Below, one piece after another: positions 59,576 to 64,000 of a DNA stretch of 64,000 nt (position 1 is its first letter; each line of letters opens with the position of its first letter). The stretch covers positions 46,520 to 110,519 of the forward strand of contig CAWJGT010000008.1 of the NCBI GenBank assembly GCA_963842525.1, given 5' to 3'. The stretch is from an uncultured Holophagales bacterium. Lineage in GTDB: Bacteria > Acidobacteriota > Thermoanaerobaculia > Multivoradales > UBA5704. Both the position numbers and the translations under genes were made by a program. The notes under the pieces were generated by a model, which ran no database searches, had not been told where the DNA came from, and saw nothing but the letters and a program-made list of their open reading frames with translations.

Positions 59576-59676
59576 GGGCGAGGTTCCGATAAATAAAGCG
59601 CTTTATCCGAACCTCGCCCTGCGCCACTCCCCGCCTACGGGCTTCGCCTTAACATAATGCGCTCGCACTATGTTAA
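59576..59676. other. Two adjacent inverted repeats resembling Xer/tyrosine-recombinase binding arms
   Basis: GGGCGAGGTTCCGATAAA-N8-TTTATCCGAACCTCGCCC and TTAACATA-N12-TATGTTAA. Confidence 0.5.
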
Positions 59677-60057
59677 CCAGGGGCGGGCAACAACCCGGGC
59701 CTCCCAAAGACAGCGCGTTCCCAGAGTCCGTGGAAGCACAGTGCGGGACCCGCTCCCCCCGCAGCAAGGTCCGGCAGCTTGGCTCCGCAGGCCGTTGGAG
59801 CCATGCCTTCGAAGCGCTCCACCAACCTGCCGAGTTCATTCGACCACCCCGCCCCTCCCATCCCCCTCCGGCCCCTGCAAGGGGCCTCGGCCTGCGGCCG
59901 GGTGGCCCCGCTGGAGCCTGCGGCCGTGAAAAGCCGGCCTCCGGTCCTCCAGCGGGCCCACCCAATCCCGAGCCGATTTCATCCCCGCCCGCCACCCCCA
60001 ACCGCCGCCCGGCGGGGCCGTCCACCACCCTTCCTGCGAGTGTTCAGCTACAGCGGC

Positions 60058-61311
60058 TTAAATACGACGGTTTCGCCCCCTCAAAAATCGCGGAAAACCC
60101 AATCGCGGCGGGCCTTTTTCCTGTGGAAAAAACGGAACTGGGTTTCGTTTTTGGAGCTGTGCAGGGAGGCGGGGGGGTCTGTGCGACGGATGAGAGCGGC
60201 CAAAACCAAGCCGGACGGGCCTTTTCGCGACGCCGGCCGGCCAGAAAAAGCATTCAGCAGAAGTGGACTTTTGTTGAATCCAGTCAGCCCGGCGGCACCG
60301 GCCCTCCCAGCTCCCCGAGCAGCTCCGCCAGCCCGCGCCCGAGCCCCCCCGCCGCTCCCGCTGCGGCCCGAGCGGACTCGACCGGAGCATCATCCGCTGC
60401 ACCCTCCCTTCATCCGCGTGCAGATACACCTCGGTCGTCTTGATCGACGCATGCCGCATGTGGACCTGGACCGTCCGGATGTCCCATCCTCGCGCAAGCA
60501 GATGCGTCGCGATCGAGTGCCGCAGGATATGCGGCGACATCCTTCGCCCACGCGCCTCGATCCCCGCCTCTTTCCGCCGACGACGGAAGATCAGATACAC
60601 CGCCGCCCGCGTCAGCGGCCTCTTCCTCTCGGACGCAAACAGCCACGGTGAGCCAGCCGGCCGCACGGCCAGGTACGCTCCAAGCACCCGGGACACCTCG
60701 CGGTCCAGTTGGACCCACTTCTCCCGGCGCGCCGCCTTGCCCTTCACCAGAAGAAGCCGGAAGGCCCCGGCCGTCTCGTCCCACTGCACGTCATTCAGCC
60801 GGATCGGCCCTGGCTCCGAGGCGCGAAGGCCCGCGATGTAGATCACGGCGAGCAGCGCCCGGTCCCGCAGCTCCCGATGCCCGCCCGGCAGGCGGCCTGG
60901 GTAGTCTCCCCAGATCAGCCGCGACACCTCGTCCACCGTGAGCGGGCGCACCTCCTTCCGGAAGCCCGACGGCCCCGACAGCGACGCCCACGGATTCACG
61001 TCGAGAAGTCCGTGAGCCAGGCACCACTCCCCAAGTGAGCGGATTGCCACGACCACCCCCTGGCGTACCGACTCCCCCCGGCCGGCCAGGTGCAGCCGCC
61101 GCAGATGCTTCTCGACATCCTCCCGGCTGAGCTGTGCGAGCGGCTTCCCGCAGTCCTCCAGCAGCCGCTCCACCAGCCTCCGATAGCGCCGCACCGTCCC
61201 TTCCGACCGGCCCCGCACGCTCACCAGAAAAGCCGTCCATCCATCAAGGTTGTCCGGATCATCCGGACAAGAATCCGCTCCGACAGGAATCTCTATCTCC
61301 CGTGAATTCAT
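60058..61311 (-). CDS. Tyrosine recombinase/integrase (XerC/D-like)
   Basis: SAM-like N-terminal domain ('SEGTVRRY'), catalytic R in 'AGLRASE', K in 'KGK', 'HILRHS', 'MRHAS', Y in 'TEVYLH'. Start at 61311. True stop may be at 60284 if the G-run near 60345-60350 lacks one base. Confidence 0.9.
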   Translation of the reverse strand: MNSREIEIPVGADSCPDDPDNLDGWTAFLVSVRGRSEGTVRRYRRLVERLLEDCGKPLAQLSREDVEKHLRRLHLAGRGESVRQGVVVAIRSLGEWCLAHGLLDVNPWASLSGPSGFRKEVRPLTVDEVSRLIWGDYPGRLPGGHRELRDRALLAVIYIAGLRASEPGPIRLNDVQWDETAGAFRLLLVKGKAARREKWVQLDREVSRVLGAYLAVRPAGSPWLFASERKRPLTRAAVYLIFRRRRKEAGIEARGRRMSPHILRHSIATHLLARGWDIRTVQVHMRHASIKTTEVYLHADEGRVQRMMLRSSPLGPQRERRGGSGAGWRSCSGSWEGRCRRADWIQQKSTSAECFFWPAGVAKRPVRLGFGRSHPSHRPPRLPAQLQKRNPVPFFPQEKGPPRLGFPRFLRGRNRRI

Positions 61312-61401
61312 GGATTTACCCCTCTTTTCCCGGGTCTTGTCGATTTGGGGTCTTGCGCTCATGGAATCAACCTGCTCGCGAACGAGGAGCGCTGTCAAGA
61401 G

Positions 61402-62058
61402 ATGCCGAAGCGGACACAGCAGGGGAGCAAAGGCAAGGGCGGCCGACCCAAGGGCAAGCCCCTGTCCGCGAAAGAGCGGGCCCAGCGGCGAGCCGCGGCG
61501 ATCAAGACCGGCCAGCACGCCACCTTGGCCCTCGGCCAGGCGCTCCCACCTTGCAAACCCGCCGTCTGCCCCAACGGCGGCACGGGTACCTGCGACATCA
61601 AGCAAGCCATCGAAGCCCGCGGCGGCGGCCTCTCCGCCTGTCTCGCGTCCCTCGGTCAACACGACGTGATGCAGAAGTACCTCGCCGCCATCCAGGCCGG
61701 CGACCTCAACGGCCTGGCCGAGCTTGTGGCGACCTCCATGGCCGGCCAGCTCACGCTTGCCCATGGCGAGCTCGCGGTCCTGATCCACGAAGGCCTCGTC
61801 GTCCAGGTCCCTGTCGTCGGCCGCAACGCCGAGGGCGAGCTCGAGATCGTCGCTGAGCGGCCGGTCGAAAACCCGCGAGCCGCCAACACCTTTCAGCTCC
61901 TGCGGCAGCTCGGCCATACCGCAGCCGATCAGGCGATCACGCCGAAAGCGAGCGGGGAACGCGAGCGCGACAACGGGCTCGGCCTCGCCGGGCGGGCCGC
62001 CTGGGTGAGCCAGATGCGGAAAGGCTTGGCGGGGGAGGGAGAGGACTCCGATGCATAG
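61402..62058 (+). CDS. Putative terminase small subunit
   Basis: Basic N-terminus 'GGRPKG..RAQRRAAAIKTGQHA', four clustered Cys, 'VENP'; overlaps the terL start. Confidence 0.5.
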   Translation: MPKRTQQGSKGKGGRPKGKPLSAKERAQRRAAAIKTGQHATLALGQALPPCKPAVCPNGGTGTCDIKQAIEARGGGLSACLASLGQHDVMQKYLAAIQAGDLNGLAELVATSMAGQLTLAHGELAVLIHEGLVVQVPVVGRNAEGELEIVAERPVENPRAANTFQLLRQLGHTAADQAITPKASGERERDNGLGLAGRAAWVSQMRKGLAGEGEDSDA

Positions 62059-64000
62059 CATCGAGCTGCTCCATCCTGCACTGCCGGAACTGATTGACGC
62101 GCTCCTGCGCCGGAAGCGCTGGTCCTGGCAGGCGCTCGAACGAGGCGACCTCAAGCTCGGCGACGAGGTCCTCGATGTCGATCGGCTCCAGTGGTGGCTG
62201 ATCAATGCCGACCCCGTCCTCTGGGTGGAAACGAATCTGGTCAACAAGCCGGAAGACGGCGGCGGGCTCTGGAGCCTTTTCCCTTACCAGCGCCCGTCCA
62301 TGCGTTTCCGCGGCCACGTTGTCCATCAGGACGGCGCCGAGGTGGGGAAGAGCCGCGAGATTGTCGGCCTGCTCCTCTGGGGTTGTCTCGCGGCAGAGCG
62401 GGGAAGCGTTCTCGTCGGGTCCGCCCTCGATGGCGATCTCGACGAGATCTGGGAAGAGGTCGAGTGGCAGCTCACTGCCAATCCCTTCCTCAATGACTCG
62501 CTGCGCACCCGCACCACGAAGCCCTATCGCCGCCTGACCTGGCGTAACGGCCTGCGAGTCCTCTTCCGCCCCGCCGGCCACGACGGCCGAGCCTACCGAG
62601 GTATCCACGTACGCGGCTGGCTCCTACACGATGAAGCGGCCAAGGTCGTCAATCCAAGGAGCTGGGCCGAATTCTGGAGAGCCGCCAAGCCCGGCTGCGA
62701 GATCCGGATCTATTCCGTACCCACGGGTGACCGTCTCTGCACGTTCCAAAGGATCGCCGACAACGCGGTCCCCGCCGAGTCGGTCGTCCCCACCGACACC
62801 CCCAGGCAGGTCATCGATCAGCTTCTCCGTCCCACCACCACGGCGACTCCGGAAGGAGTCCGAGCCCTCGCCCGAGACCTCGGGGGCCGGATCTGGCTCC
62901 GTTTCCACTGGCCGAAGACCATCATGCCCGCTCCGTTCTGGAGCGAGGATCGCCGTCAGGAATTCATCGCTTTCTATGGAGGTCCGGACGAGCCGGGCTA
63001 CGTTCACAACGTCCTCGGTCTCCCCGGCGACCCCGAGTACTCACTCTTCCCCGAGCGTCTCCTCAAGCCCGCCCTGACCTGGATCCCCGACTACTTGTCG
63101 GTGACGTTGAGATGGGACAGCCGAGCCGGCCACCTCGACGCCCTCTCGCGCCGTCTGAACCCTGCGTATCCCTGGGGAGATGAAGACAGCAGGCCAGAGG
63201 GGGCGCCCGCCCCCGGCCGCTGGCCGGCCGACGACGAAGAGGCCGAGGGAGAGCCCACCCTGCAGCCCTACCTCGCCGTCCTCCAGGACACCCTCGACGT
63301 GTCCGCCTGGGATCGATGGGACGCCGAGCAACGCCGCCAGACCATCACTGACCTCGCCAGCTTCTTTATCCGCCCCATCCCCGGCGACCTCACGGCCGGC
63401 GTCGATGTCGGCTCCGCCACCGTCACCGAGATCCTCTTCGAGCGCCGCAACGGTCTCACCGACACTATTGTCCTCCGCCTCCACCTCACCGGCTGGAACT
63501 GGTACGCCCAGAGAGACTTCATCCTCGCCCTCGACGCCATCCTTGCCCCGGCCGGCGGTTGGGGAATCGACGCCACGGGAGTCGGCCGAGTTCTGGTCGA
63601 TCTTCTCGCCCCCGAGCTCGGCGACCGCCTGAGCGGCTACGTCTTCAATCGCGCCACACCCGCCCTCGATCCCACCACGGGAGAAGCCCAGCTCGATCCG
63701 GCCACCGGCAGAGAAGTACTCATCTCCTACAAAGAGCTGGGCACGCAGCTCATCGAGCGCCGCCTCCACGGCCGAGGCCTGGAGCTACCCTTCGATCCGG
63801 AGGTCCGCCACCTCCTCGCAAACCATACCTATTCGCAGTCCGGCGAATCCCGCCGCTTTTCGAAAGTCAACGATCACCTGGTCGATGCCCTGCGGGTCGC
63901 CGAGCTGCGCAAGCTCACCGCCGATTGGGGCGCCTTCACGCCGCCCCTGATCTACGCCACCCCCACCGCAAACCCGATCGATTCCCTCGACATCCTGAAG
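62051..64000 (+). CDS. Phage terminase large subunit (3'-partial; absent from the ORF track because it runs off the window)
   Basis: Frame read in segments without a stop: 'LFPYQ', Walker A 'DGAEVGKS', Walker B 'WLLHDEAA', 'IYSVP', nuclease motifs 'AGVDVG', 'IDATGVG', 'NDHLVDALR'. Confidence 0.85.
   Translation, partial: MHSIELLHPALPELIDALLRRKRWSWQALERGDLKLGDEVLDVDRLQWWLINADPVLWVETNLVNKPEDGGGLWSLFPYQRPSMRFRGHVVHQDGAEVGKSREIVGLLLWGCLAAERGSVLVGSALDGDLDEIWEEVEWQLTANPFLNDSLRTRTTKPYRRLTWRNGLRVLFRPAGHDGRAYRGIHVRGWLLHDEAAKVVNPRSWAEFWRAAKPGCEIRIYSVPTGDRLCTFQRIADNAVPAESVVPTDTPRQVIDQLLRPTTTATPEGVRALARDLGGRIWLRFHWPKTIMPAPFWSEDRRQEFIAFYGGPDEPGYVHNVLGLPGDPEYSLFPERLLKPALTWIPDYLSVTLRWDSRAGHLDALSRRLNPAYPWGDEDSRPEGAPAPGRWPADDEEAEGEPTLQPYLAVLQDTLDVSAWDRWDAEQRRQTITDLASFFIRPIPGDLTAGVDVGSATVTEILFERRNGLTDTIVLRLHLTGWNWYAQRDFILALDAILAPAGGWGIDATGVGRVLVDLLAPELGDRLSGYVFNRATPALDPTTGEAQLDPATGREVLISYKELGTQLIERRLHGRGLELPFDPEVRHLLANHTYSQSGESRRFSKVNDHLVDALRVAELRKLTADWGAFTPPLIYATPTANPIDSLDILK

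Noticed and set aside
61312-62247. N-terminal extension of the integrase ORF to 729 aa
   Set aside because: It is antisense to the terS-like and terL genes; recombinase similarity begins only after Met at 61311.

Overview
High-GC bacterial window; the gene families suggest Acidobacteriota, possibly Thermoanaerobaculia (inference). (1) 1-12.9 kb: conserved respiratory operon with alternative complex III (actA partial, actB-G), Sco and a type A2 caa3 oxidase (coxBACD). Palindromic elements sit in frame inside actE, actG and coxC. (2) 13.0-16.9 kb: a more AT-rich three-gene cassette encoding a SEFIR/TIR domain fused to a degenerate Tyr/Trp-tRNA-synthetase-like fold, an HD phosphohydrolase and a UPRT-like phosphoribosyltransferase. 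A decayed mosaic duplicate of the cox operon 3' end follows it. This cassette is the best candidate for an undescribed defence or nucleotide-conflict system. (3) 17.8-20.6 kb: a small helical protein followed by a 17-unit array of 19-bp palindromic repeats, a HEPN-like ORF and an Rpn nuclease. (4) 21-57 kb: about 33 kb of cargo bracketed by two copies of a large serine recombinase. The cargo is a secreted RHS toxin with an EC869-like nuclease tip, a candidate immunity gene, and two giant surface proteins of about 2,770 and 6,000 aa, each split by one frameshift. (5) 57.5-60 kb: non-coding repeat field with an orphan Cys-rich lanthipeptide-like precursor and Xer-arm-like palindromes. (6) 60-64 kb: tyrosine recombinase head-to-head with terminase small and large subunit genes, the edge of a phage-like element. 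All assignments come from motifs read by eye; no database searches were run.
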